From: Acidimicrobiia bacterium
GTDB lineage: Bacteria; Actinomycetota; Acidimicrobiia; Spongiisociales; ZC4RG35
Reading direction: 5' to 3'
DNA: 64,000 nucleotides
Assembly: GCA_036556665.1 (NCBI GenBank)
Contig: DATBIX010000036.1
Coordinates: 5,068-69,067 of the forward strand
Under the pieces are notes generated by a model. It had not been told where the DNA came from. It ran no database searches and saw only the letters and a program-made list of their open reading frames with translations. Positions within the stretch are counted from its first letter, which is position 1. Each line of letters begins with the position of its first letter. Positions 47,063 to 57,131 of the stretch are shown here, piece by piece. The position numbers and the translations under genes are program-made.

Positions 47063-47096
47063 ATGAGGGACGGGCCCGAGAGGGCCCGTTCCTCAT
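47063..47096. terminator. bidirectional hairpin between convergent potD and the DUF4349 gene
   Basis: 15-bp stem ATGAGGGACGGGCCC / GGGCCCGTTCCTCAT (one G-T wobble) with a GAGA loop. It overlaps the DUF4349 stop codon. There is no U-tract. Confidence 0.55.
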
Positions 47097-48043
47097 GCTT
47101 CTGTGGTCGCCGGTCCCAACGGGGCCGGAGGTGCCGGACGCTGCCGCTTGCGCCACCTGCGGTAGATCAGGAACCCGATCACGAGGATCGGCCCCAGGGT
47201 CAGGATCAGCATCGGGAGGGTGTACAGACCGAAGTTGATCGCCCAGTCGGCTATGCCCTGGAGACCAACCACCAGGCTTCGCAAGGCGTCCCGGGCCACC
47301 TCGACCGGCTTCCATGTGTCTTCCACGATCGGAACCACGGACGGGGTGGGACTCAAGGAAACGTCGAGTGAGGCCATGGTCACGACGTCGTCGAGATACT
47401 CGATCTGGCCCTGGATCTGCTCGATCTGGCCGCGCACGGCAGAGATCTCGTTGAACACTCGAAGCAGCTTGTCGGGGTCGGCGTTCGGCTGCTCCCGGAC
47501 CTCGGTGAGCAGTGCGCGCAGCTCGACCTCCAGGGCCTGGAGATTGGTCAGCTGGGCCTCGAGATCGACGTATTGCTCGGTGACGTCCTGGGCGTCCTGG
47601 GACTCGGAGAGGACCCTGGCCGCCAGCCCCTTGATCGAGCTCATGGTCGCGGACAACTCGGCGGTGGGCACGCGGAGCGTCATCACCACTTCGGGCTGAT
47701 CCTCTTCGCCCTCCACCGGGAGGACATCGGCGGTGGCGACGAAACCTCCAGACGCTTCGACCAGGGTCACGATTCGGTCGAATGCCTCTCTGGTGTCGTC
47801 GGCCTCGAGCTGCAGCTGGGCGTGTCTGATCACCTTCCTGTCCTCTGTGGCGGCCAGCTCGAGCTCGACCACGCCGCCTTCCGGCGTGGTTGCCGCACGT
47901 GCCTCGTCTATGTCCTGGGCAGCTGCCGCCTCCTCTGCGGCCAGACCGTCGCCGATCTCGCTGAAGTTGGCGGCCGTCTCCTCACCGCTGCAGGCGGCGA
48001 GAAGAAGCACCAACCCAACGGCGGTGATTGTCAGTCTCTTCAT
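47093..48043 (-). CDS. DUF4349 domain-containing lipoprotein
   Basis: Lipobox LLLAACSG, a central coiled-coil (LEAQLTNLQALEVELRALL), and two C-terminal TM helices. Confidence 0.75.
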   Translation of the reverse strand: MKRLTITAVGLVLLLAACSGEETAANFSEIGDGLAAEEAAAAQDIDEARAATTPEGGVVELELAATEDRKVIRHAQLQLEADDTREAFDRIVTLVEASGGFVATADVLPVEGEEDQPEVVMTLRVPTAELSATMSSIKGLAARVLSESQDAQDVTEQYVDLEAQLTNLQALEVELRALLTEVREQPNADPDKLLRVFNEISAVRGQIEQIQGQIEYLDDVVTMASLDVSLSPTPSVVPIVEDTWKPVEVARDALRSLVVGLQGIADWAINFGLYTLPMLILTLGPILVIGFLIYRRWRKRQRPAPPAPLGPATTEA

Positions 48044-48170
48044 CGTCTTCTCCTCTTCTCAGGCCCTCTGTGGGTCACCGGTTGGACGCGAGGACTGCGC
48101 CGTCGGTTCCCGGATGACACACCAACCCGAGGTAGGGCGGAGGCGGCCGCGTGCGGGTACCGTGGGGCGC

Positions 48171-49202
48171 ATGAACAGCGGGCCATTGCGGGTGCTCGAG
48201 ATATACGGTGATGCCACCGATTTCGGGCGGGCCCACGGGGCCGAGTGCAAAGACTTGATTCGCGCCTATCTCGAAGAGCGTCTCGGCTTGTCCGGTGACG
48301 AGGCATGGTCGGGCCGGTCGGCCGGGGCCGGGACGGTGCTCGCCCTCGCCGAGTCGACACTCGACCACCACCGGAGTTATGCCCCCAACCTGTACGGCGA
48401 GATGGTCGCCCTCGCCGAGGCAGCCGGCATCACCCCGGCCGAGGCGGTGGTGGTGGGCGGCTTCACCGACCTGATCGACGTGGTCCGGGCCCATGACGAT
48501 CGGGCGCCCATCGAGGACGACTGCACCGCAGTGCTCGATCCGGAACGAGGGATCCTGGCACAGACGTGGGACATGCATGCCTCGGCCGCCGACTACGTGG
48601 TGATGCTGAAACTGGATCCGATCTCCGGCCCGTCGGCCGTGGTCCAGACCACGGCCGGCTGCCTCGGGCAGATCGGGATGAACGAGGCCGGGATCGGCGT
48701 GGGCATCAACAACCTCACCGCAATCGGCAAGCCCGGGGTGACCTGGCCCTTCGTCGTTCGCAAGATCCTCGAGCAGACCTCACTCGATGATGCCATCACG
48801 GCAGTGACCGACGCCGATCTCGCCGGAGGGCACAACTACCTGGTGATGGGCCCCGACGGGAAGGGGGTCAACATCGAGGCCATGCCGGGGACGGTCCATG
48901 TGGTTCCGGTGGAGGGCGGTCCCTTTGTCCATACCAACCATTGTCTCGACAAGGGGACCCGCAAACAGGAGGGTGCCCGAGCCCCGGAGCTCGATGAGAG
49001 CAGCAGGGCACGCCTCGATGCGGGGGCCGAGCTGTCCCAGGATCTCGATGCCTTCTTCGCCCATCCGGCCATCGCCCGACGCGGTGCAGGCGCTCACGAC
49101 GTGGCCACCTGTGGGGCGGTGATGATCAGACCGGCAGAGAGGCGGTTGGAAGCGGTGTGGGGCCTGCCCGGGGAATCCCCGTGGGAGACATTCCGTCTGT
49201 GA
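48171..49202 (+). CDS. C45 family autoproteolytic acyltransferase/hydrolase (isopenicillin-N acyltransferase-like)
   Basis: ATG at 48171 (MNSGPLRVLEIYG..FGRAHG). Putative processing/nucleophile site DDC-TAV. Motifs NEAGIGVGINNL and GGHNYLV. Confidence 0.7.
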   Translation: MNSGPLRVLEIYGDATDFGRAHGAECKDLIRAYLEERLGLSGDEAWSGRSAGAGTVLALAESTLDHHRSYAPNLYGEMVALAEAAGITPAEAVVVGGFTDLIDVVRAHDDRAPIEDDCTAVLDPERGILAQTWDMHASAADYVVMLKLDPISGPSAVVQTTAGCLGQIGMNEAGIGVGINNLTAIGKPGVTWPFVVRKILEQTSLDDAITAVTDADLAGGHNYLVMGPDGKGVNIEAMPGTVHVVPVEGGPFVHTNHCLDKGTRKQEGARAPELDESSRARLDAGAELSQDLDAFFAHPAIARRGAGAHDVATCGAVMIRPAERRLEAVWGLPGESPWETFRL

Positions 49203-49825
49203 CCGAGGTGAGGATCGTGAATCTCCAGCCGGGGATGGCCGCCGAGCTGGAGCGGATCGAGCTCACCTGCTTCCCGATGGCCAACCCGGCCGATCTGCTC
49301 TCCAAGGAGGACATCGCTGCCTACGCCCAGGTCTTTCCCGAGGGCTACTTCGTTGCGATGGTGGACGGGCGGCCGGTGGGCATGGGCGCCGGGATCTTCC
49401 TCGACTTCGACTTCGCTCATCCGCAGCACACCATCGCCGAGATCACCGGGGACCATCAGTGCGGCAACCACGATCCCTCCGGGGAGTGGTACTACGGGAC
49501 CGACATGACCGTGCTCCCCGAGTACCGGGGGCAGGGGATCGGCAAGATGCTGTACGAGGTGCGCAAGGCATTCGTCAAAGAGTCCGGGAAGAGGGGAATC
49601 ATCGCCGGCGGCGCCCTCCCCGGCTACTTCGAGCACAAGGCGGAGATGTCGATTCAGGAATACGTGGACAAGGTGATCGCGGGCGAGCTGACCGACCCCA
49701 CCCTCACCTTTCAGATGTCACAGGGCTTCGAGGTGCGCGGCCTCCTCGAGAACTACATCGAGGACGAATCCGACGACGGCTGGGCCGCCCTGATCGTGTG
49801 GGAGAACCTCGACTACCGGCCCTGA
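49199..49825 (+). CDS. GNAT family N-acetyltransferase
   Basis: The GTG at 49199 overlaps the C45 stop (GTGA). Acetyl-CoA motif VLPEYRGQGIGKMLY. Confidence 0.8.
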   Translation: MTEVRIVNLQPGMAAELERIELTCFPMANPADLLSKEDIAAYAQVFPEGYFVAMVDGRPVGMGAGIFLDFDFAHPQHTIAEITGDHQCGNHDPSGEWYYGTDMTVLPEYRGQGIGKMLYEVRKAFVKESGKRGIIAGGALPGYFEHKAEMSIQEYVDKVIAGELTDPTLTFQMSQGFEVRGLLENYIEDESDDGWAALIVWENLDYRP

Positions 49826-49887
49826 GCCACGAACCTCAGCTTCCACGGCCCGTATCCGGGCGGAACCGTCTCACCTACGCTGCAGTC

Positions 49888-50280
49888 ATGACACCTGAGC
49901 CACCGCAGCAGGTGAGCAGCGATCAGCAGATGTGGCGGGTGCTCGCTCACGCCTCGGCCTTCATACAGGCCCTCGGGGTCCCCTCGCTGGTCGGCCCGCT
50001 GGTGGTCTGGCTGATGAAGCGAGACGACCCTGTCGTCGAGCCCCATGCACGGGCCGCCCTCAACTTCCAGCTCTCTCTGCTGATCTACACCGTGGCCGGG
50101 ATCGTCCTCGCCATCCTCGCCGCCCTGACCATCGTCGGCCTTGTCCTCTCGGCGATGATCGTGATCTTCTTGATCATCCTGGTGATCCTGGAGCTGGTGT
50201 TCGCACTGCTCGCCTCGCTCGCCGCCTCCAGGGGCGAGATGTACCAGTACCCGATGAGCCTCGAACTGGTGAAGGGCTGA
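49888..50280 (+). CDS. DUF4870 domain-containing membrane protein
   Basis: ATG at 49888. MWRVLAHASAFI....GPLVVWLMKRDDP.V..HA.AALNFQLSLLIY matches the DUF4870 signature as I remember it. Confidence 0.75.
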   Translation: MTPEPPQQVSSDQQMWRVLAHASAFIQALGVPSLVGPLVVWLMKRDDPVVEPHARAALNFQLSLLIYTVAGIVLAILAALTIVGLVLSAMIVIFLIILVILELVFALLASLAASRGEMYQYPMSLELVKG

Positions 50281-50297
50281 CCCGACCGCCTCTTGAC

Positions 50298-51302
50298 TCA
50301 GGTCGCCTGCTTACGCTCGGCCATCCCGTTGAGGATCTCGAGGACCACCCGGTTGGCCAGATAGGCGGTCTGCTCCCCCGGCCCGTCGTAGGGCGGGGAC
50401 ACCTCGACGACATCGGCGCCGAGCACGGTGAGGTCGCGCGCCAGGCGACGCACGGTGTCCAGGATCTGGCGCGAAGTCAGTCCCCCCGGCTCCGGTGTGC
50501 CAGTGCCGGGGGCGAGGCCCGGATCGACGACGTCGATGTCGACGCTGATGAAGATGCCCTTGGCCCCGCCCTCGATCGAGTAGGCGACGGCCTCGTCGAC
50601 CACGTCGTCGAGCCCTCGTCTCACGATCTCGTCCATCAGGAAGGACCGCATCTTCTGCTCCTTCATCCACTGCATCACCTCGGGCTCGGGCCAGTATCCA
50701 CGCAACCCGATCTGGACGAACCGGTGCCCGGGTACGGCACCGGACTCGATCAGTCGGCGCATCGGGGTCCCGTGCCCGTGAAGCGAGCCGTTCTGGATGA
50801 ACCCTGTGTCGGCGTGGGCGTCGAAGTGGATCAGGGCGAGTTCCCCGAACCCATGGACCCGGGCGACACCCAGCGCGTCGGGCCAGGTGATGGTGTGGTC
50901 GCCGCCGAGGACGATCGGGACCTTGCCGGCCGCGGTGACCTGCTCGACCGCGTCGGCGATGCGCCCGATCGACAGCTCCAACTCTCCGGGCCGAACGTAC
51001 ACGTCGCCGATGTCGACCACTCCAAGCGCCTCGAACGGGTCGATCCCAGTGGGCAAATGGGGCCGGTATCCGTCCATCGCCCCGTAGTCGGCGCTTCGGA
51101 TCGCCTGCGGCCCGAACCTGGCGCCGGGGCGATACGTGGTCCCCCAGTCGAACGGTGCACCGAGGATGACCACGTCTCCATCGCCCAGGTCGTCGATCCT
51201 GACCGCAGGCACTCCGAGGAAGGAGTCGCGCGACGCAAAGGAGATGTACTCGGCCGATGCGAAAGGAATCTCTCGTTTTCGTTGTTCGTAGGGGGTGTAC
51301 AT
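50298..51302 (-). CDS. ureohydrolase (agmatinase / guanidinobutyrase family)
   Basis: Mn-binding motifs LGGDHTIT, HFDAHADT and SVDIDVVDPG.APGTGTPEPGG. Confidence 0.88.
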   Translation of the reverse strand: MYTPYEQRKREIPFASAEYISFASRDSFLGVPAVRIDDLGDGDVVILGAPFDWGTTYRPGARFGPQAIRSADYGAMDGYRPHLPTGIDPFEALGVVDIGDVYVRPGELELSIGRIADAVEQVTAAGKVPIVLGGDHTITWPDALGVARVHGFGELALIHFDAHADTGFIQNGSLHGHGTPMRRLIESGAVPGHRFVQIGLRGYWPEPEVMQWMKEQKMRSFLMDEIVRRGLDDVVDEAVAYSIEGGAKGIFISVDIDVVDPGLAPGTGTPEPGGLTSRQILDTVRRLARDLTVLGADVVEVSPPYDGPGEQTAYLANRVVLEILNGMAERKQAT

Positions 51303-51343
51303 CCGACCGTTACGCTAACTGCCCGCCTTCTCCCTGGTGACAC

Positions 51344-52612
51344 ATGACGCCGGAGCACGTCCAACGCACATATCTCGTCCTCATCACCCTCCAGACGCTG
51401 GCTGCATCCCTGATCTGGGGAATCAACACTCTCTTCCTGCTCGATGCCGGCCTCAGCTTGACCGGGGCATTCGTGGCCAACGCCGCATTCACCGCCGGGA
51501 TGGTCCTGTTCGAGGTGCCGACCGGCGTGGTGGCGGACACGTTCGGCCGCCGGGTCTCGTTCATCCTCGGCGCTGCCACCCTGCTGGTCACGACGGCCGC
51601 CTACCTCGGTCTCTGGTACGTGCAGGCCGGGATCGGATGGTGGATCCTGGTCTCCGCTCTCATCGGCCTTGGCTTCACCTTCTTCTCGGGCGCCACCGAG
51701 GCCTGGCTGGTCGACGCGCTCCACGCAACCGGGTTCGACGGGGCCATGGAGACGGTGTTCGGCCGGGGTCAGACGGCGGCAGGCGCCGCCATGCTGATCG
51801 GGACCGTGGGTGGCGGCTTCCTGGGCCAGGTCAACCTGGGTCTGCCCTATGTAGCCCGGTCGGTGTTGCTGCTGGCGGTCATAGTGGCGGCGTGGCTTTG
51901 GATGCACGACATCGGCTACCAGCCGACCCGGGGGGTGGCGGTGGGGGAGCAGGTCCGGGGGATCCTCCGGTCCTCGATGCGTCATGGGTTGGGCAATCCC
52001 CCGGTCCGGATGCTGATGCTGGCGGCGCCCTTCGCCTCGGGGGTGGGGATCTGGGCGTTCTACGCATTCCAGCCCTATCTGCTCCAGTTGTTCGGTGATC
52101 CCGACGCCACGTATCTGGCCGGAATCGCTGCTGCCATCTTCGCCCTTGCCCAAATGGTCGGCGGGGCCTCGGTGGATCGGGTCAGGAGGCGATTCCGCAC
52201 CAGGACCGCGGTGCTGGCGGCGATGGTGGCCATAGGTGCTGTAGCGCTGATCGGAGTGGGGCTGGCCCAGGCGCTGCCCATCCCGGCCGGTTTCTGGGTG
52301 GCGATCGCGCTGCTCGCCGTGTTCATGCTGGGCAGCACCGTGGCCAGCCCGATCCAGCAGGCCTACATGAACGGGTGCATCCCCTCCGAGCAGAGGGCGA
52401 CGATCCTCTCCTTCTCCTCGCTGCTCGGCAGCGCGGGCGGAGTCGTCGCCCAGCCCGCCCTGGGCCGGGTCGCCGACGTCTTCTCACTGGGGGCCGGCTA
52501 CGTGGTCGCCGGGGTGGTCTATGCGATCGGCCTGCCCTTCATACTCGCCGTGCGCAAGATGAGGCTGCCGGCCGATCTGGTCCAGATCGAGCCGGCCACC
52601 GAGCCGAGCTGA
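51344..52612 (+). CDS. MFS transporter
   Basis: 12 predicted TM helices, with the loop motif VADTFGRRVS between TM2 and TM3. Confidence 0.85.
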   Translation: MTPEHVQRTYLVLITLQTLAASLIWGINTLFLLDAGLSLTGAFVANAAFTAGMVLFEVPTGVVADTFGRRVSFILGAATLLVTTAAYLGLWYVQAGIGWWILVSALIGLGFTFFSGATEAWLVDALHATGFDGAMETVFGRGQTAAGAAMLIGTVGGGFLGQVNLGLPYVARSVLLLAVIVAAWLWMHDIGYQPTRGVAVGEQVRGILRSSMRHGLGNPPVRMLMLAAPFASGVGIWAFYAFQPYLLQLFGDPDATYLAGIAAAIFALAQMVGGASVDRVRRRFRTRTAVLAAMVAIGAVALIGVGLAQALPIPAGFWVAIALLAVFMLGSTVASPIQQAYMNGCIPSEQRATILSFSSLLGSAGGVVAQPALGRVADVFSLGAGYVVAGVVYAIGLPFILAVRKMRLPADLVQIEPATEPS

Positions 52613-52665
52613 GTTTCTGCCATCATTGGCCGGTGGCTCACCCTGAGAGCGAAGGACCCGATCCC

Positions 52666-52854
52666 ATGGGCCCTGCCATCGTGCGTGGGATCCTCGTGGG
52701 GATCCCGCTGGTCCTGGTGGGGCTCACCATCGGCATCTGGCTGATCACCGATCTCGACATCTTCGAGTCCTTGACCACCGCGTTGCTCCCCGGCGTTCTC
52801 CTCGGCGCCTTCGGCGGGGGTTTCGCCGGGATGGCGATCACCATGAGGGAGTGA
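52666..52854 (+). CDS. hypothetical small membrane protein (62 aa, 2 TM)
   Basis: The ATG at 52666 lies within track ORF 52375..52854. The two hydrophobic helices are ILVGIPLVLVGLTIGIWLI and LLPGVLLGAFGGGFAGMAI. No family recognised. Confidence 0.35.
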   Translation: MGPAIVRGILVGIPLVLVGLTIGIWLITDLDIFESLTTALLPGVLLGAFGGGFAGMAITMRE

Positions 52855-52862
52855 CCGGGGCC

Positions 52863-54308
52863 TCAGCCCTCCTCACGAAGCACGAACACCACGGTCTGCA
52901 GATCGGTGAACTCGTCGATTCGTTGGCGGCCCCAACCGGTGTCGGTCCCTGCCGCTCCCCCGAAGGGCTGGAAGGTTTCCCAGAAGTCGGTCGAGTCGTT
53001 GACCACCACGGTCCCGGAGCGGATCCGGTCGGCGTACCAGAATGCCTTGCTCAGGTCGTTGGTGAAGACCGCCGCCTGCAGACCGAGATGAGTCCGATTG
53101 GCGACACCGACCGCCTCCTCGTCGTCGGCGGCGGTGAGGATGGGCAGCACTGGCCCGAACGACTCCTCTTGGGAGACCAGCGAGTCCTCCGGCACCCGAT
53201 CGAGGACGGTGAAGTCGTAGTAGAGATCGGTCGGGAAGCCAGAGGCCCGGCTTCCTCCCATCAGCAACTCGGCTCCCTTGTCGACGGCGTCCGAGATGTG
53301 GCGGTCCATCTTCGCCGCGGTGGGTTCGTTGTTGAGCGGTCCCATGTTCACCGCCTGGTCGAATGGATCACCGAGGGTGACAACTTCGGCCGCCTTGAGT
53401 GCGGCCTCCACGAACTCGTCGTGGACCTCGTCCACGACGATCACCCGCTCGGTGGCGACACAGACCTGGCCGGCGTTGTAGTAGGCGCCGTAGACCGCGG
53501 CCTCCGCCGCCTTGGCGACGTCGGCATCGGCGGTGACGACGGTGGGGCCATTGCCCGACATCTCCATGATGGAGCGCTTGAGCCCCATCACCGAGACGAT
53601 CTTCTTCCCGGTGGCGGAGGATCCGGTGAACCCGACTGCGTCGACGCCGTCATTGGTGACCAGTTGGGTGCCGATGACGCCGTCGCCGGGGATCACCGAG
53701 ATGGCGCCTTTGGGGACGCCCGCCTCCTCGAAGACCTTGGCCATCTCGAGGAGAGCCCACGAGGTGAATTCGGGCGGCTTCACGATCACCGAGTTCCCGG
53801 TGGCGAGCCCGGGACCGACATACTCCATCGGGATCATCACCGGGAAGTTCCAAGGCGTGATCGCCACCCACACCCCGACCGGGCGACGCACCGTGAACAT
53901 TCGCCGGTGGCGGCTGGTGGTCGGGATCAACTCGCCCTTCAGCCGCTTCACGTCCTCGGCGGCGATCTGGAAGTAATCGCCCGACTCGGCGATGTCGTCC
54001 TTGGCCTCCGCCTCGTACGGCTTTCCCTGCTCCATCGACAGGATCCGGGCTACTTCGTCGATTCGGGTCTGCCAGAGGTCGTAGATGCGGAGGCACAATT
54101 CGGCCCGCTCGAATGCGGTCCAGTGACGCATCTCCTCGGTGGCTTGGCGCGCCGCTGCCACCGCACGGTCGATGTCGGCAGTGGAGGCCTTGGGCACGTT
54201 GTAGATGTGCTCGCCGGTCGAAGGAGACCGAACCTGGTAGTGCTCCTCGCCGCTCCCTTCGGTCCACTCGCCGGCAATGAACAGCTTGAGATCGGTGGCC
54301 ATGGGCAA
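52863..54308 (-). CDS. aldehyde dehydrogenase family protein
   Basis: Motifs FTGSSATGKKI, the catalytic Glu region MEMSGNGP, and the Cys region NAGQVCVATERV. Confidence 0.9.
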   Translation of the reverse strand: MPMATDLKLFIAGEWTEGSGEEHYQVRSPSTGEHIYNVPKASTADIDRAVAAARQATEEMRHWTAFERAELCLRIYDLWQTRIDEVARILSMEQGKPYEAEAKDDIAESGDYFQIAAEDVKRLKGELIPTTSRHRRMFTVRRPVGVWVAITPWNFPVMIPMEYVGPGLATGNSVIVKPPEFTSWALLEMAKVFEEAGVPKGAISVIPGDGVIGTQLVTNDGVDAVGFTGSSATGKKIVSVMGLKRSIMEMSGNGPTVVTADADVAKAAEAAVYGAYYNAGQVCVATERVIVVDEVHDEFVEAALKAAEVVTLGDPFDQAVNMGPLNNEPTAAKMDRHISDAVDKGAELLMGGSRASGFPTDLYYDFTVLDRVPEDSLVSQEESFGPVLPILTAADDEEAVGVANRTHLGLQAAVFTNDLSKAFWYADRIRSGTVVVNDSTDFWETFQPFGGAAGTDTGWGRQRIDEFTDLQTVVFVLREEG

Positions 54309-54361
54309 AGGGTACCGCGTGGCCGTGGGAGCTGAACGGCCGTTCAGTTAGCATCGGGGAG

Positions 54362-55816
54362 GTGACCGACCATCTCCTCATCGGTGGTCGCCTCGGGCAG
54401 GGGGAAGGCGATCGGTTCGACGTGATCGACCCGTCCCGCGGAGAGATCCATGCCACCATGACCGCGGCGAGCGGGTCGCAGCTGGAGGAGGCGACGAAGG
54501 CCGCGGCGACGGCACAGCCGGGATGGCAGGCGCGATCACAGCCCGAGCGCTCCCGCCTGCTTCATCGTGTAGCGGAGTCGATCGAAGAGAATCGCGATCG
54601 GCTCGCCGAGGCGCTCACCTTGGAGACAGGTCGTCCGCTGACCCGCAATCACCTCTACGTGGACATGGCGAGGGACCTGTTCCGCCAGTACGCCGAGCTG
54701 GCACGAGCCTCGAGTGGAAGGGTGGCCCCTTCCAATGAGCCGGGCCAGCTCTCGCTCGTCTTGCGTGCACCCTACGGAGTGGTCGGATGTCTCATCCCGT
54801 GGAACTACCCGCTCCTCCTTCTCGTGTTCAAGGTGGCCCCCGCCCTGGCCACGGGCAACACGGTTGTGATCAAACCGGCTTCGGAGACCCCGCTCTCCCT
54901 GCAGGCGCTGGCCGAGATCTTCGCCGAGGAGCTGCCACCCGGCGTGGTCAACACGGTGATGGGATCGGGTGGGGTCATCGGTGAGGGCCTCGCCACCGAT
55001 CCGAGAGTGGACATGATCGCTTTCACCGGTTCGACCTCGGTTGGCCGGCGTTTGGCGGCTCTTTGCGCCGAGAGGGTCAAGCCGACCCACCTCGAACTCG
55101 GCGGCAAGGACCCTGCCATCGTGTTCGAGGACGCCGACCCGGTTGTGGCGGCGAGGGGAGTGGTATGGGCGTCGTTTCTCAACGCAGGCCAGGTGTGCAC
55201 CTCGACCGAGCGGGTCTATGTCCACCGGTCCGTCTACGACGAGTTCCTGGAGCAGGCGGTGAAGCTCACCGAGGCGATCCGGGTCGGCGATCCGTTCGAC
55301 CCGGGCACCCAGGTTGGCCCGATGCGCAGTGAGGGACGAAGGCGAGCCGTGATCGACGTCGTCGAGAGGGCGGTGGGCGCCGGGGCAGAGGTGCTGGCAG
55401 GGGGTGAGGCTCTCGATCGGCCCGGGTTCTTCATGGCGCCCACGGTCGTGGCCGGGGTCGATCACGACATGGAGCTCATGACAGAGGAGACATTCGGGCC
55501 GGTTCTTCCGGTCATGGCGGTGGAGGACGACGACCAGGCCTTCGCACTGGCCGGTGACACCCCATACGGGCTGGGGGCGAGCATCTACACGATCCGGCCG
55601 GACCGGGTGGAAAGGGCCTATCGCGAGCTGCGGGTGGGTACCGTCTGGGTCAATGACCCGGTTGTCGACAACCTGGCTGCGCCCTTCGGCGGGGTGCGGG
55701 CCAGTGGGGATGCGAGGGAGCTCGGTGTCGAGGCACTGGACAGCTTCACCACGGCACGACACGTGCACTGGAATCTGGAGCTGACCCCCAAGCCGTGGTG
55801 GTTCGGAGAGGAGTGA
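54362..55816 (+). CDS. aldehyde dehydrogenase family protein
   Basis: Motifs FTGSTSVGRRL, LELGGKDP, NAGQVCTSTERV and EETFGPV. Confidence 0.9.
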   Translation: MTDHLLIGGRLGQGEGDRFDVIDPSRGEIHATMTAASGSQLEEATKAAATAQPGWQARSQPERSRLLHRVAESIEENRDRLAEALTLETGRPLTRNHLYVDMARDLFRQYAELARASSGRVAPSNEPGQLSLVLRAPYGVVGCLIPWNYPLLLLVFKVAPALATGNTVVIKPASETPLSLQALAEIFAEELPPGVVNTVMGSGGVIGEGLATDPRVDMIAFTGSTSVGRRLAALCAERVKPTHLELGGKDPAIVFEDADPVVAARGVVWASFLNAGQVCTSTERVYVHRSVYDEFLEQAVKLTEAIRVGDPFDPGTQVGPMRSEGRRRAVIDVVERAVGAGAEVLAGGEALDRPGFFMAPTVVAGVDHDMELMTEETFGPVLPVMAVEDDDQAFALAGDTPYGLGASIYTIRPDRVERAYRELRVGTVWVNDPVVDNLAAPFGGVRASGDARELGVEALDSFTTARHVHWNLELTPKPWWFGEE

Positions 55817-55820
55817 TCTG

Positions 55821-57131
55821 ATGGGTCTCCAAGGAGACGTGACCAGGCAGTGGTACGAGCGGGCACGGAAGGTGCTGGTGAATGGCGTCTCGAGCCAGTT
55901 CCGCTACTGGGGTCAGGACGACACCATCGTCATCGATCACGGCGAGGGCGGTCACCTCGTCGACATGGATGGCAAGCGCTACATCGACTTCCAATGCGGC
56001 TTCGGCCCGATCATCCTCGGCCACGGCGATCCGGACGTGACGGCGGCGGTGGCCGAGGCGGCGGGGGAGGCGACCAGCTTCGCCATGACGCAGAGACGGG
56101 AGGTCGAGGCGGCCGAGACGGTGATCGAGGCGTTGAGATGGCCGGACGCGATGCGATTCACCAACACCGGCACCGAGGCGACGATGCACGCGATAAGACT
56201 TGCCCGGGGCCGCACCGGGCGTGATCTCGTCATCAAGTTCGAGGGCCAATACCACGGGATGCACGACTACGTCCTTTTCTCCACTGCAGGTGTTCCGGTG
56301 GGCGGTCTCGGCTCGCGCTATCGCCCTGTCGCCCTCCAGTCCAGCTCCGGCATACCCGACCTCGTACGGACGGTGGTACGCACCCTTCCCTTCAACGACC
56401 TGGAGCTCACGGAGCAGACCTTCAAGAGAGAAGGCGGGCAGGTGGCCGCCGTCATCGTGGAGCCGATGCTCGGCAATGCCTTCGGCATCATGCCTGAGCC
56501 CGGATTCCTCGAAGGTCTGCGCAGGTTGTGCGACGAGTACGGCTCGGTGCTGATCTTCGACGAAGTGAAGACCGGCTTCAGACTGGCTCTCGGCGGAGCG
56601 CCACAGCTGTTCGGGGTGGTGCCCGATGTCGGCACCTATGCCAAGGCGATCGGGAACGGCTTCCCGGTGGCCGCCATCGCCATGCGTGACTGGGTGGCCG
56701 ACGGCTGGCGTTCCAGCGGCATCGCCCAGGCCGGCACCTACTCCGGCAACGGGATCGCCGCAGCGGCTGCGAGGGCCACCGTCACCAAGCTCTCCACCGG
56801 CGAGCCCTACGCCCGGATCGAGAAGGTGGGACGGGCACTCATGGAGGGGATCGAGAGAGTGCTTGCCGACAGGGGGGTCGAGGGCAAAGTGATTGGCCAC
56901 CCTTCGATGTTCTCGATCTTCATCGGGGAGGGCAATCTGGTCGACTTCCGCGACACAGGCAAACACAACGCCGCCCTCTACGACGAGACCCTCTTCGGGA
57001 TGATCCGGCGCGGAGTGATGCCCTGCCCCGATGCCCTCGAGCCGTGGTTTGTCTGCGCCGCCCACACCGATGAGGATGTGGCCACCACCATCGAGGTGTT
57101 CGAGGAATCGCTGGCGGAGCTTCTCGGCTGA
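55821..57131 (+). CDS. class III aminotransferase (glutamate-1-semialdehyde aminomutase-like subgroup)
   Basis: Motifs NTGTEATMHAIRLAR, LIFDEVKTGFRL and the PLP-lysine context TYAKAIGNGFP. Confidence 0.88.
   Translation: MGLQGDVTRQWYERARKVLVNGVSSQFRYWGQDDTIVIDHGEGGHLVDMDGKRYIDFQCGFGPIILGHGDPDVTAAVAEAAGEATSFAMTQRREVEAAETVIEALRWPDAMRFTNTGTEATMHAIRLARGRTGRDLVIKFEGQYHGMHDYVLFSTAGVPVGGLGSRYRPVALQSSSGIPDLVRTVVRTLPFNDLELTEQTFKREGGQVAAVIVEPMLGNAFGIMPEPGFLEGLRRLCDEYGSVLIFDEVKTGFRLALGGAPQLFGVVPDVGTYAKAIGNGFPVAAIAMRDWVADGWRSSGIAQAGTYSGNGIAAAAARATVTKLSTGEPYARIEKVGRALMEGIERVLADRGVEGKVIGHPSMFSIFIGEGNLVDFRDTGKHNAALYDETLFGMIRRGVMPCPDALEPWFVCAAHTDEDVATTIEVFEESLAELLG

Noticed and set aside
50831-52153. 440-aa minus-strand ORF spanning the agmatinase/MFS junction
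   Set aside because: It overlaps two motif-supported genes on both strands and is rich in Arg/Pro/Gly. It was treated as spurious.
52851-57065. Long ORFs 52851..54335(+), 54536..55768(-) and 55746..57065(-)
   Set aside because: Each is the mirror of an ALDH or aminotransferase gene with unmistakable catalytic motifs on the opposite strand.
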